From Chiloscyllium plagiosum (lineage: Eukaryota), in assembly GCF_004010195.1 (NCBI RefSeq), contig NC_057728.1, positions 44,020,569-44,084,568 of the forward strand: 64,000 nucleotides of DNA, read 5' to 3'. A program made the translations under genes and the position numbers. Below the pieces are notes generated by a model. That model saw only the letters and a program-made list of their open reading frames with translations, was not told where the DNA came from and did not search any database. The first letter of the stretch is position 1. Each line of letters starts with the position of its first letter. Below are positions 24,154 through 37,699 of the stretch, one piece after another.

Positions 24154-25024
24154 GTAGGTATTGTTCTCTCTTCATACTTTCTGACTGATCGCTTGAAAAA
24201 CTGCCGCCAGCCTGGGCTGGGACAGTTCCCGCTATCCTGGTCTGAATCGGTATGTGAAGGGATTCCTCTCCCAGGGAAGGGGAATGAGACCGAGGTTGAG
24301 GAGAAAACTCTCGGTTGAGTCCCGAGAGTCTGCAGATGCCGTTCCAGTGAAGCTGTGAAATCTGGGCAGGGGGCGGCTGGGGTGGGGGGAGGTGGGGAGA
24401 GCGATAAGATAAAGATGGCCCATCCCTGTCCCCCGGTTAGGAGTCAAACTGCACTGGCTCCGAGTACAGAATCCTCCTTTACATTTTTGCATTCACTATG
24501 ATGACGGAAATCCGCACACTTGCCGAAATTGTTTGACAAATTTAAAAGAGAAATAATTTCCATTTAAATGCATTTATTTTTTTAAAGTGATGTGACCTGG
24601 TAAGCAAGGCGTCAGTTGTGTTGTCTAAGAAACTGTGAAGCCTTGTTTAAACCTAACAGTTTTGCTGGTGTTCCATTGGGGGAAACCGCAGTATTGTTGG
24701 AAATTGATTAAAAGCGTCCCCACTATTGTGAATCTTGAGTTGAATTCAGTTTCCGGTGACTTAATCTGATTACCATTTAGTGGCTGCCTAATTGGAATAT
24801 ATGTGAAACAATCACGCGTGGGTAAACTTCAGTGTCTAGGGTTTTCACGCTCTATTGAAATTAAACCGACCTAGACCTGACGGTACATTGGCTTGATCGG
24901 CTCTCATCAGGCTACTCTGTGAGGTTGGTGCTGCAATGTTTCCTTAAACGGGGGAAAAGAACCGATATTTAGTCAAGTGGGGACATTTTCCCCTGCTTCA
25001 GTTTTTAGAGGATTCGTCTGAGAA

Positions 25025-25040
25025 AGAGAGAGAGAGAGAG
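25025..25040. repeat. (AG)n microsatellite
   Basis: agagagagagagagag. Confidence 0.85.
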
Positions 25041-26350
25041 AATACTTGGGTATGGAACTGACAAAAGTGAAACCATTGCCAACAGCGAGCGATGCAGGCA
25101 GCTCCGGGCAGCTCCAGGCAGCAGCGTGTTGGCGTTGTTTACAGTGAGCTGCTCAGAGATAGGCTCAACCATTCTTTTTTTCTTTACAAAGAAAATGATG
25201 GTCAGGGAGTTTACACTAAAATTCTGTGGACTTTGATAGGCTCATTTTATCACGTCGAGTAATAGAATAAATAAGCCAAAGAAATCCATTATTGTCAAAA
25301 CAGTGTGACCGTCTTCTCTGAGGAGAGAGGCACATCTTGAGTGATTAGAAATTGAAATGACCGGTATGTATCTATGGTCAACCGTTCGACTATTGCAAAC
25401 AATGGAGAATTTCTTCAAATTAGGTAATAAACCAGCAGGACCTGCTTGATGCACTGTAGTCCGACAGAGGTCAAATAGAAAGAACAGGAATGTCAGCTCG
25501 GGAGCTGGCCTGAACTTCGCCAAGTACAATAAGCACGTGTGTTTGAAGACAACAGTTCAGTATAACCCCATAGAATGGACTCACCCCAGTCGCCGGCGCT
25601 GGGGAACGGTGGTGGGTTTTGTGTGTGTGTGTGAGAGAGAGAGAGTTCATATACCAGGAGAGTGACTGGCCTTTCGCCAAACTCTCAGCATTTTGAAGAC
25701 AAGGTGCAAAAATATGGGCCCGGGAACTACTGCGTGGGATCCTGACATATCACTTTAATGTTCACTCTCTGCTGTTGTATTGGCGACATTGATGGGTTTG
25801 GAATAAATTTACCCTTTTTACAATAACTCATTTAAAACCAAATGGGTTGACGGTTCCACTGAAATAGCAGAAAGAAGAATTTCAAAGCGGCAGTTAAGTG
25901 TTTGTCAGCCGGTATCCCATGGAGTCATTTCAGGACCATGATGTTTTGTCACTTAAGCTTTTGCTGTCAGTACCTCCTGCTGAATATTGTTTTGAATTAA
26001 CAGTAGGGAAAGTCGGGCACTGGAAGTTTGGACTAAAAGTTAACTGACTTGTTTTCTGTAACTATTTTCGGAAGTTTTATAAAGATGACAGTTCAATTCA
26101 GGTAATCAGATACCTCCTGAGGAGTTCTCTTTTTAAGTGGGGGGGGGGGGGTGGGAGCTGTAATTTTCGTTAGGTAATTTAGGTCACAGTGTTCATCTAA
26201 CAGTCAAGGGAAAGTGTAGAGAATATTTTTTTCAGACTATGAAAGCTGCGTAAGTAATTTGTAAATAGAATATTGTCCTCGAGCTGACATTCAACAGACC
26301 TGTCAAATATTATGAAAAAAGTGAATATGATATATTATAATTGCTTCAAG

Positions 26351-27218
26351 TCTGTGCTCAAATTTATGACTTCGACTTAACAGTAGACCTTTGTAATTGG
26401 TATATTGTATGATACTCATTTGTACAGCCAGACTACAGACTGTTTTCCACTAAAGGTAGACTGTTGTAATAAACCCTGAACTTTAGTTTTATTGTTATGG
26501 AGTTTTTAATGGGCATTGCCAACTTACATGTGAAAGTGAAAGAGGTGAATGGTCATATCTTATGCAGCACTGTGAATATTTCACCACAATTCTCTGGTTA
26601 AATAATATTTCATATTTCAAAAGATAATCTCTTACATCAGAGTAACACCTGATTTCATATAAAATGAATGCACTTGACAACATATCAATGAAGTGTTACG
26701 TTTTCAATTAATTTATGATAGTAATTTAGTCCTATGATTCAAAAGGTGAACATTGGAGAAAAATGCTTTAATTTACATTGGGTGAGACAATGACCTAGGG
26801 ATTACTGCTGGACTGTTAGTCCAGAGACCGAGGTAATGTTCTGGGGAGCTGGGTTCAAATCCTGCCAAGGCAGATGGTGGAATTTGAATTCGATATGCAT
26901 CTGAAATTGAGAGCCTAATGATGACCATGAATCCATTGTTGATTGTCAGGAAAAAAAAACATTCTGGTGTCACTAATGTTCTTTAGGGAAGGAAACTGCC
27001 ATCCTTATCTGGTCTGGTATGTGACTCCAGACCCATAGCAATGTGGTTGACACGTAACAGTTAGGGATAGGCAATAAATGCTGGCCGAGTGAGTGATGCC
27101 CTCATCCCGTGAATGAATATAAAAAAAGGTCTGTAGTCTGGCTGTACAAATGAGTATCATACAATATGCTGACAACAAAGATATACTGTTAAGACAAAGT
27201 CATGAATTTGAGCACAGA
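26351..27218. repeat. 90-bp inverted repeat (arms 26351-26440 and 27129-27218)
   Basis: Arms align without gaps at 80/90 identity; the inner 39 bp are perfect. Confidence 0.9.
26790..27127 (+). mobile_element. tRNA-derived SINE with LINE-derived tail
   Basis: GGTTCAAATCC B box; tail 'ttagggataggcaataaatgctggcc...catcccgtgaatgaat(A)n' shared with the LINE ends at 8340-8612 and 19340-19430. Confidence 0.8.
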
Positions 27219-27229
27219 GAGAATTCTGG

Positions 27230-27532
27230 ATTGTTTGAGGTGCCATCTTCCAGATGAAGTGTTTAACTGAGTCCCTGTTAGGTAGATATAAATGGTTTCA
27301 TGGCATTATTGTAAAAGAGAGCAGGGTGTTTTTCAGTTTTTAAGTTAATATTTATCCTTCAATCAACGCTTAAACAAAAGATGATCGGGTCATTGTCCAT
27401 GAGTTTATTACGCACATATTTGCATTTGTGTTTATTACATTATAACAGTGCACTTCAGAAACATTTTATTGACTACAAAGTGCTTTGATATATCAGTGAT
27501 TGTGAAAAATGCCACGTAAATACAAGTCTTAT
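27230..27532 (+). mobile_element. Deu-domain SINE (SacSINE1/AmnSINE-like) remnant
   Basis: 'gaggtgccatcttccagatga...catggcattatt..aagagagcaggg' resembles the DeuSINE core; tail 'taaatacaagtctt'. Confidence 0.6.
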
Positions 27533-29466
27533 TATGTTTAGTTTTATAAATGTTAAAAAATTAAATACCACCAGATGTTCTATTTCAGTGTTTGACAAGA
27601 TTTAAGTATTGCCCAGAACAGTGGCAACCCTCTCCCCACCCCTCACCACCCCCCCCCCCCCACCACAACCACCAGCACCACAGAATTTCAGATGGCACTA
27701 TATTGAAGCTACTATTCCTAAAATGTTATATGCATCTGGCATATTAAAGTTATGCCATACATTTCATTATGCCTCACATTGAAATCAGTGACAAAGCAGC
27801 TTTGCACTCATTGAATCACAATGAAATTCTGGGTCTGCTACATATTACAAGTTACATTGTCTTCAAATTTTACATGCTGTGAATCTTTGAATATACATAC
27901 CAATTTGTTCTTTTTGGGTTCATTGTGACAAGCATGGAGAATAGCATTATGGAAATACTCAGAGCTTTGGTTTCCAGGCAGCTTTTTTAATGCACTGAGA
28001 CAGTAGAAGGCAGTGGCTACATTTGAATTATACACAGGTGATTCAATGGACAGAATGGTGTGGATTTCACAGTCACTGTTGAAGCAATGTCACTTCTTGT
28101 TGACCTCAGGAAAGCTGCCCACAAAAAAAACTAGTGACAATAGATTTCTCCTTGCCCAATGTTCATTGGAATCAAATGCAAAGTCAAGGGGGTTTCCAAA
28201 TGATCAGCAATAGAGATGTTATTTTGGAGGGTAAGCAGACAGTGACATTGAAGTAGTCTGATAGATAGTGTGCCAGGAAGTATAGTACACTGACTTTTTT
28301 TCACTTTTGACCAAATTTTATTGTCTCGGGATTTGTCTTCTTAAGAAAGCAGTGGAGGCTGGATCACTGAATAGATAACTGGTTGATTCAGACAAGAAAT
28401 TCTGGGGTTATGAAGTCATGCATAGAAAGTGGAGTCAAGATCAGAAACAATTCAGCCATGATCTTAATGAATGATTTTGCAGTCTTGATGGGCTAAATGG
28501 CCTATTTATGCTCCTGCGTCTTCTAATCTATTCTGACTTTATAAAGAGCCAAGTAAATACATGAAAAAATAAACACACGATCATGGTAGTAACTGAAATA
28601 TCATGAACAAACTTTTTGAAAATTAAGTTGTGTGAGCATTTGATGTCATAATGGAGAAACCTGACATTCCATAAATATATAAATCACTTTTCATAATAGT
28701 TTTCAGAACTGTTCCAGAATAATTATGTACTAAGTATGCAGTTAAAACCCCAGTTATGATTCTTCAACAAGATGCATCGCTTTCAATTTTTTTTGACAGT
28801 GAGACAGATAGCGTAAGAAGGTAAAGCTTAATCAGTAATTACTACTTAATTGCGGTCTCAGATAGCCTTTAGCAGCACATCCAAGGGGAAAGTATTGAAT
28901 CAGTGAAGTCAGCTTCTGGATATTTTCATTTCCCTGTGCATGGGCAAATTTGCTTCAATTTCAGAGAAGTGTTTACAGCAAATACCGGCAGTTTTGCTCT
29001 CATTACTGCCTCAAAATCCAACCTAGGCATATGTTTAGAGGACTGAAGCTATATTACAACTTGTGAGTAGCCCAACCAATCTCAGATGTCCTTGTCTTGC
29101 TCTTGGATTTTCAATGTTCTCAAGAGTCAGGCTGGAATCTGATTGGAAAGCATTAAACTGCTGCTTTCACATTGATATATATCCAACACCCTTTGTAACA
29201 ATGCTGAACTGATCGTATACTGGCATTGATAAATGCCTAAGCTTTATTCTCTTTGTGTTGTAACCTAAAGCCCTCAATTATAACTTCTTGATAGTTATTC
29301 AGAGTATTTTCCTTGTGTGAAGAACTAGTCTCTCTCAATTTGAGGATTAAGCGTGCAAATCTTGTACAACAATCAATCGTGTGCCCATCTCTTGAATTGA
29401 TAACAGTCCAACTCTTCCCAAAATGCTATTGTTTGCCACAAAGTATTCAATTGACTGTGTGGAGTA

Positions 29467-29780
29467 GGGCGGCATGGTGGCACAGTGGTTAGCACTGCTG
29501 CCTCACAGCGCCAGAGACCCGGGTTCAATTCCCGCCTCAGGCGACTGACTGTGTGGAGTTTGCACGTTCTCCCTGTGTCTGCGTGGGTTTCCTCCGGGTG
29601 CTCCGGTTTCCTCCCACAGTCCAAAGATGTGCAGGGTCAGGTGAATTGGCCATGCTAAATTGCCCGTAGTGTTAGGTAAGGGGTAAATGTAGGGGAATGG
29701 GTGGGTTTCGCTTCGGTGGGTCGGTGTGGACTTGTTGGGCCGAAGGGCCTGTTTCCACACTGTAATCTAATCTAATCTAA
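29467..29780 (+). mobile_element. HE1-type SINE, full length, young
   Basis: GGGCGGCATGGTGGCACAGTGGTTAGC...GGTTCAATTCC...(TAATC)n; near-identical to the 2948-3252 copy. Confidence 0.93.
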
Positions 29781-32700
29781 ATAGAGGCAAATGGATCCTG
29801 CAAGTGAAGACAGTTATTATAAAGTTTGTACAGCCTTATCTATTCATAATGCCGTGGGCAATGTTTTAAATATTTTGCGATTGCAAATTAGGGGTAGTCA
29901 GTTAACTTGCTGCTGTTGCCCATAAAGAGCATATCCTATAATCCTTCTTGTGAAAGACATTCAAATAATGGATTATATGTTTATTTCTTGCAATACTCAA
30001 CAACTATCCTTGATTTCTGAATCAAGATACTGCTGAAAGTTCCAATCTCTGAAATCTAGGAGCTAAATTTAACTCCTGTCACATATATTATAAATTCAGT
30101 TCTTGGATATAATCAAGACATAATAATTTAGCTATGTAACAATCACAAGACTTGAACAATGCTTTATTTGAAACTGTTTAAGAGACTTACATTCCTCTCT
30201 CAAAAGTCTATTCAAAATTACATTGAATAAGATTATTCAGAGACTATTTGGTAACACCTTGTTAACAAGTAAACTGTTCATGATTCCTTACCATTTAATT
30301 CTTGTTTTCAATGATGTAATTTTGCACTGCTGGCATGGTAGATTGAATTCTTTTCAGATTAGACTTTATGAAATTAAGCCGGTCATTCAAGCATTTTGAA
30401 TCAGGGCATATATTGAGTTGTATCAAGCTGCCTACCTGTTTGCATGCTGTAGTTAAGAGTTTGACTAGCATGGAAGAGCAGGTCAGATTCAACAACACGG
30501 CCATCTGATTTGTATGAATTTGTATCAAAGACAACTTTAAATTAGAAGTATATATTGAGATGTCTATCAACAGTCTAACAGTGATACAGATTAATTGTTT
30601 TAAGGCTGAGCTCAGCATGGAGCTGCAGGCTTCTGAACTATACCAATATGCAATCATTGCTAGGTCACCACATTGTGAAGACATTTGCATTTTGTAAAGC
30701 GAGATAATTCTTGGTCATTTGCAGATACATTTTAAGCTGTATTCCATGTGATCTTTGCTAATCTGCAGTAATTGAAATTGTTGATAAAAGAATTAAAGGA
30801 TAACATTTCTAAAAAGGAGTATTATGATAACACAAAACCTCAACATTTCTTTTTATAATTAAAAGAGTTGTCATATTTAATTGCCACCCATTTAAATTTA
30901 AAGTTGAAATCTGGAAATGTGGATATGCTAAAAATATCAGCAAGCTGACAATGTAAACTCCTGTCTGTTCTAGTGACCTATATAGCAAATCATTAGAGAA
31001 TTATTGCGTGCTAATGCAATATTTTGTTATTCTCAAGCAACAGTTTTTTGGAAGCTTATGTTAAGTGATTTGTTATGTTTCTTCTAGATCAGACATCTTG
31101 GTAGTAACCTTGATACTTTGAAGCAAACATTTCAGCCAACAACAGAAATTAGATGGGTGCTTTATCAATATTCCTGTCAGCTGTGATAATACAAGTAGTA
31201 AATTTTGACATAATTAGAAAGATTTTGTTATTTTTCTCATTTTCCTTCCGTTTGTGATGCTGTTTCTTCTCTGGTTTCCCAGGTGCTAGAGAAGTCATGC
31301 TAAAACATTGACAACATTTCTTCAGATTTAATGCAAATAAATAGCAAAGTCACTGCATCATTTCCTTTTAAAATTGCCCAACTGAATAGAGGATGAGCAA
31401 AATTTGAGAGGTTAGGGATGTTTAATACTAAATCAACTGTAATGAATCCAGAGTTGTTGTTTGCTATTGTGCCCAATAAGCAACTTCTATGATTGAACAA
31501 ACCATTTAGTATATTGTAAATTCTTGATAATAACTACACTCCATTTCCAAAATATGTGAGAAAAATGGTCATGCATCTCACATTAGTCTGTCTTTCCTCT
31601 AAACTACGAATTACTTTTAACATCTGTTTAGAAGTAGACATAATGATGTTTTTAACTAAGATCTCACTTCTTAAGGCAAGGGCTCAACAATCTCTTCAGC
31701 CCAAATATTTTTTAAGCAATTACTTGTGAGAGTAATTGGAAATTCCAGCAGGAAAAGTCCATTGAAGAACATATTAAACAGCTCAAGAAGTTTTTTTCAT
31801 AGTTACATTACTAATTGAGAACCACGGATGTATTAAGAGCTGCTTGGTAATATCATTTAGGAAGGCTGATAAAAGACAGGATGTAACAAATTATGTGTTC
31901 AGAATCCTTTCTGTTAAGCTATTTGCAGACCCAAAGTTTATTTATACGAATTAGAAAGATATCTATTATTGGGCACATCAAAGGAACAATTATCTGAATC
32001 AAAATGTGTGTAATTCTATTCTTGACTCTTCCAATATCACGTGTTTGGATTTGAAAACAATGATTTTAAAAACCTGAGTAAAATTTGGTTGGTTGAAGTA
32101 TATAATTATACTTCAACACAGCATTACAACAAAGCAACAGCCAATTTTTTCACTATAACCAAGGCCACTGGTAGCCAGTTTTCATGGAAAAATGCATGGA
32201 ATGCAATCCCTAAACACTGGTAAAAAATTTGGAATTCTCCATAATACAAACTGAATATAATTTACTGAATGACAGTAATTCAATGGATGGAAACGGGAAT
32301 GCTACCCAAAAACACCACTTAAAATCCCAGAATCTATCTAACAAAAAGAACTTTGATTTATTCAGTCATTGTATTGTAGCAACCCTTTTCCATAATTATT
32401 CCACTCAAGGTACAGAGGAAGACAACTGGAAAGAGACTGCTTGTTCTCAGCTGTTCTTTACAGACCTAATGATTTTAACTGATGTTCCCAGGTGGATTGT
32501 TTGGATTCTGGAATAAAATCCACTGGCAATTGCTTTTGAAACAGTGGAACAGAGTAATGGGGATACAGTAGCACGGTAGTGCTCCAAAGAACTTGATGTT
32601 CATCAAATCGAGTGTATGATTGGTTATTGAGCTCAATTATCCTTGCACTATCATAGATTATCTCCTCAAGCCCACTTGTTAAGAGGACAAGCTTTTTCTA

Positions 32701-33099
32701 AAATCTAATTGAACAAGATGTGATTTATACACCTGCCACATTTGTAGTTAAGGAAAGTATTTTGCTTCTGTGAATTATTGATAAAAATGAACTTGACATG
32801 ACAGTAGTGTTTTTGATCAAGAATCATCTTGTATTCAGACAACTTCTATTATTCATTGGGTCTTAAAGTTAAGGATGTTAATGCTGGATAGGAGCAATCC
32901 TGGTTTAAGTGCGACCCAGATATATTCAAAAGAAGTTTCTAAGTTTCTGTCATATTATGTTATTACTGTACTGTCTAAATGTTCTAATTTTGTCCATTCT
33001 TGCACTGCTTCTTTCTTAGGACACAGTAAAACTACTAAAGTGACATGGAATGGATTCCCTTTCAGTCTGCTGTGGATTGGGAGCTCATTTACGTGAGCT

Positions 33100-33390
33100 C
33101 ATTTGCCCTCTCCAGCAGGGGTAAAATGTCCTGTATCATTATTTTGATATGGAATAGGAAGTCTTCTCTAGTGTCCTGGATGATATTTATCTCTCAAAAG
33201 CACCTAAGAACAGGTTATCTGGCCACTATCATATTGCTGTTTGTGTGCCTTTCCTGTGCAGAAATTGGATGACCATTCTCCAACATTACAACAATTGATG
33301 AGTTTTCAAAAATACTTTATTTGCTATAAAATACTTCAATGTGTCTTGAGATCCTGAACTCAAATTTTTATGAATATGTTTTTCTTTTAC
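33100..33390 (+). mobile_element. Degenerate Deu-domain SINE
   Basis: Similar to 27230-27532. Confidence 0.45.
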
Positions 33391-34019
33391 AAATAGACCT
33401 ACAGAAAGTCCTCTGTGAAGTAATGAAATAGGAAATATGTGAAGGCTAAACATCTTCCACACTTTGACCAGTAATGGTGGAGCTGGTAGATAAACTCCAG
33501 TTGGAAAACAAACGTTAAAATGGACTCATCTGCTTTTGTTCCATAGATTATTCTGTACGGACTTAGTAAAGAATTATTCATTTAGTAGAAGTATCCTAAA
33601 AATCAATTTAAGTTGTAGGAAGAAAAATTCAAATAGAAAATCCAGGCTGCTTCAGGCCTTTGTTTCATATATTTTAGCTTTCAACACTCAAGTTCCAAAT
33701 TAAAACCAATTCAGACATTTCCAATCCCTTTTACTTCGCCTTAGTCTCAATGAGGGAAGGGCCATAACTTTCAGATGTGAATCCATCAACTACTGAGGTG
33801 ATGGTTGGAGCCAGGGTATTGAGTACATCGATGGGTGTGGTGCTCAGGTCCACTTCTGGGTCCAGTGCATCCTGAGGAATCAGATATGAATGTGGTTCTG
33901 CAGTTAAATTTCAACTGAAGTCATTACAGTAATATTAACATTGGTGCACCTTCTGAAAGACAGCCTTTTTGTTGACTGTGGGTAGTGAAATTCTTGGACA
34001 GCCTAATAGTACGTGTGTG

Positions 34020-34720
34020 TTGCTGCTTATCAGAGCTCATCTTCCGGAGACTCTAGGATTAGCTGTCATACGTTAAGGATAAGGGGTCAACCATTTAGTG
34101 GGATGTGGAGCTAAGGAGATGACTATGAAGTTTCCGAATCTTTGGGGCTCTCTAGTGCAGAGGCTTAAGGATACTCAGTCATCAACTACATTCAAGTTTG
34201 AGATTGATTGTGTTTTGGGAATTAAGTGAATCAAGAATGGGACAGCAGGGTCAAAGAAAAGATGGGCTTGCATTTATAGTGCATCTTTCAAAGTTAGCAA
34301 ATATCCCAAACTGTTTTGCAACCATTGAGGAACAATCATTATTGTAATGTAGGAAATAGAGTAGACTGCTTGTACACAGCATATAACACAGCAATGATGA
34401 TCAGATAATCTGTTGTTGCTTGAGGGATAAGTAATGAATATTTATTATCCCAGAACACCAGGTATATAATTCAGTGGTTCTTTTATGCCCACCAAGAGAC
34501 ACCTCCAACAGTATAGCAACACTGAATTTAATTCTGTGTCCAAATTTTGGTTGGGAATTAAACCATAAACATTTTGACTTGTAGGTAATTGCATTACTAA
34601 CTGAGCAACAGCTGATGCCCTAATTCAGTTGGTTAAGGTAGAAGATCAACTTTGATGTCATTGAATGGTGGAGAAGGGTCAAGTAGCTAAATGGCCTATG
34701 CCTACTCCAAATTTGTATGT
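34020..34720. mobile_element. CR1 3' fragment (+) interrupted by a Deu-domain SINE (-, ~34265-34620)
   Basis: CR1 tail pieces at 34020-34250 and 34630-34720 flank the reverse complement of the DeuSINE. Confidence 0.5.
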
Positions 34721-35164
34721 TTTCAAATCCCATTTTATGTGAGCTGCTGGTCACCAATATTTGCCCAAATTGGTTTCACTTATACCCTTAACAATTGCAT
34801 CATCCCAATTTACAAAATAATGAATATTTTGCCATGAGAAAAGCACGAGAATGACTAAGTTAGGGCTAAGTTAATCGGACTTTCTTATGTGTACTTTAGC
34901 ACATTTGACAATGTCAAAGAACACTTTTTTGTCTCTTTCAATGGAGATGTGACAAAGATTTTGAAATGCTCTATACTGTCGATATATTTGTACAAGAATG
35001 ATGATTTGAAGAGAATTTACAGTACTAAGGCTCACAACTTGACAATGAAAATTGGTGCAATTTTGGCATGATTAAAGTTTTAAACTTCATTATTACCTTG
35101 CACGGCAATTTGCATTGTGTTTGTTCCTATCAGCTTTGCATTTTACAGTTGCTGACTGTATATC

Positions 35165-35365
35165 AAGTCATCATATGGTTGCTCTCTCATTAGAGAGACA
35201 CAACTGGTGGTGATTTAACCAGAGGGCCACCATGTCTCAGGTGAGGGGAGAGGTTGAGAGTTCTTCATTGCAACCTCAGCTGGTGTGGAGATTGAACCCA
35301 TGTTGTTGGTATCACACTGCTTCACAAATCAACCATCCAGTCAACTGAATTAAACCAACCCCCAA
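35165..35365 (-). mobile_element. tRNA-derived SINE
   Basis: Reverse complement: ggggg..ggtttaattcagttgactggatgg...GGTTCAATC; related to 21690-21910. Confidence 0.6.
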
Positions 35366-37149
35366 CCATAGCACAAATGAACTGGAATTAAATGGTTTCA
35401 TTGTATAATTGTGTAACTCGTGATGCATCTTTAATTTGTTAAAACAAAGTGAAGTGATTCAACCTTGAAGAGTTAAAATTTCCAATCTTCTATATTGTGG
35501 TTTTCATTTAGGCATGGGTAAAACCAGAATTTAAGAAGGAATCTTATTGATGTGAATGATGCTGGGTGCAGTGATGGAAGTAAAAGTGATTAGTAGAGGA
35601 AAATAAAACGTCTACTTATAGGATACCTTTAAGTGAAATAACTAAATTAAATTATATTTGTTTTGTTAGCTAAAGGAAAATTCTTAGGATGGAAGGCATT
35701 GTTCTTGATTTAATTTCATACCCATTGTATTTATAATGTAATGCAGTTAAAAGGATGAGGGCAAAGGAGTTTGAAAGCAGAAGATTAAAGGTGTTGGAAA
35801 AAGCTCACACCTGCACAATCTGGCAGAACTTGCACCATCGTGGTTAATTGGCCAGGAAGTTTTATTTTGATGGTTGAATAAAATTAAGGTAACTTTAGAA
35901 TTGTTTTGGAGACTGCAACTGCCAATCTACCACTGTGTCGTATTTTACAGCACAGAAGCAGACCATTCAGCCCAACTAGTTGATGTTATCCTGTATGTTG
36001 CACATGAGCCCCTTCCATTTTCTTAAACTTAAACAACAACTTATCCTTCTACTTCTGTCTCCTTTATGCATTAATCTAATATTCCCTTAGAGCATTGTAT
36101 TCTGTTACATTGGATAAGAAAGAATGGATATTTTACCAGCATCAAAACATATTATACGGAATCCAGATAATGAACATGTGAATGATAGAGACTAGTTCTT
36201 CAAGTGGGCTGTCCATTTTGAGGTCCAAGCCTTTCAAAAACATTTTTACAAGTGCTCCACTGTATACTACCAACAGGGTAGTGGGTAGGTAGATTTAAGT
36301 TTGATGATATTGTAAACCTTGGGATGGGTGGATTGGTAGATGGAAGGGAGAATCTGAGCTAGAAATATCCCATAATTCTTTGACTACTTAGCTGTTCTGA
36401 TCTCTTTGACTGTTCCACCAGATTTTACTAAGGAAAGACAGGATAGTGCAAAATACTATTGTTAAACTTGCATTGACATCCTGTGTATGGGACCTTGTTG
36501 TACATAGATTCGCAAGGTTCCCGTCTGCTTATACTTACTTATCTTTATATTTTGTTATATAATTACTTAGATTACTATTACATTATATATATAGTTGACT
36601 GTTAGACTGACAAACAGGTTGATTATCAACTGAATGCACAGACAGTAAGATGGGTACCTTTCATTCCAGAGTTTCACATATTGTATTGTCATTTAGCTGT
36701 CTCAAAGGCTGCAATCTGTGCAATAATGCAGCATTCACCTTTTTCTCCTTGAAGATAGGAAATGAGTTCTGATCAATATAAGCAAGGATATACGCCAATC
36801 TTTATACATTGAGATAACGTTTTGGTGGATGTACTACATGACCAGATCAAGTCCTTATATAATTACTAATTTTGTAGAGAATGTTAGATGATCTGCGCTG
36901 TAAACAATATTGTAGTATCTTTTCACAAACTCACATATTTGAACAAAGAGAAAAGAAATCCAACGCTTTGTCCTGATTCAAGTTGGGTTAAGTGTCCGTA
37001 TGCAAGTTGATCATGCTCTGGCACCATTTTCTCAATTTTTTCAAAAACGCATTATGCACATGTGGTTGAATGGTCAGAGAATGTGATAAGAGAAATATGT
37101 GGATCTGTCTTACAAACATACAAGCTACTGGGGAGGATAAACCATTGCT

Positions 37150-37470
37150 TTGTCGGGTGGCTTATAGATTTGAAATAATTACCTAAAAATCTTATCAAGT
37201 AGCTTTGCATTTAATATTTCTTTGTTTCACTGTATGTGATGTGTATTCTGCAATATCACTCGATTGAGAATAATGAGGAAAGGAATATTCTATTTCCTTC
37301 ACAATCTTCGAAGGTGCGGTGTGGGGACCAGTCTTGCATAAAATTTGTTGAGGAACACCAAACAAGCAGAAAATGATAGTTAATATACCAACAATTATTG
37401 CTGCGGTCATAACTTTGATTTTTCTCACAAAAGGAAATCTGGTGAAATTGTCAGTCATCAGGTATCGCCA
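37150..37470 (-). mobile_element. Gypsy integrase core remnant
   Basis: TDNFTRFPFV..TAAII..L..IF..FGVPQQI...GP...PHYSQS..IAE..TVK (decayed rve motifs). Confidence 0.75.
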
Positions 37471-37699
37471 CCTGCTTGGTACTGTACTGACAAGTCAGTC
37501 TTGATTCTTTTGCTCATGTACTGGAGTAGGAATTGAATCCAGAAGTTTTTGCTTCACAGATGAGAGTGTTACCAACTAATCATGAGCTGACAAATTTTGA
37601 TTACAAACTCTAACACTAGGTTTTAAGATAAGAAACCTAAATTAGGTACAAAAGTTCCTCATTTCCTTTTTTTTATATATAAGTTTTCAATGCATTTGA

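Larger units (their letters stand above)
23240..24540 (+). promoter_or_regulatory. CpG-island promoter and first-exon region of TMTC2
   Basis: Marked CpG/GC enrichment relative to the flanks; GC boxes GGGGCGGG at 23678-23685 and 23700-23708; NRF1-like ACGCATGCGC at 23713-23722; directly upstream of the coding exon. Confidence 0.8.

Noticed and set aside
25357..25369. ATGACCG|GTATGT as an alternative TMTC2 first coding exon (and ATGACAG|GT at 24147)
   Set aside because: Both would give a phase-1 junction, whereas the recognised TMTC2 frame ends in phase 2; no other support.
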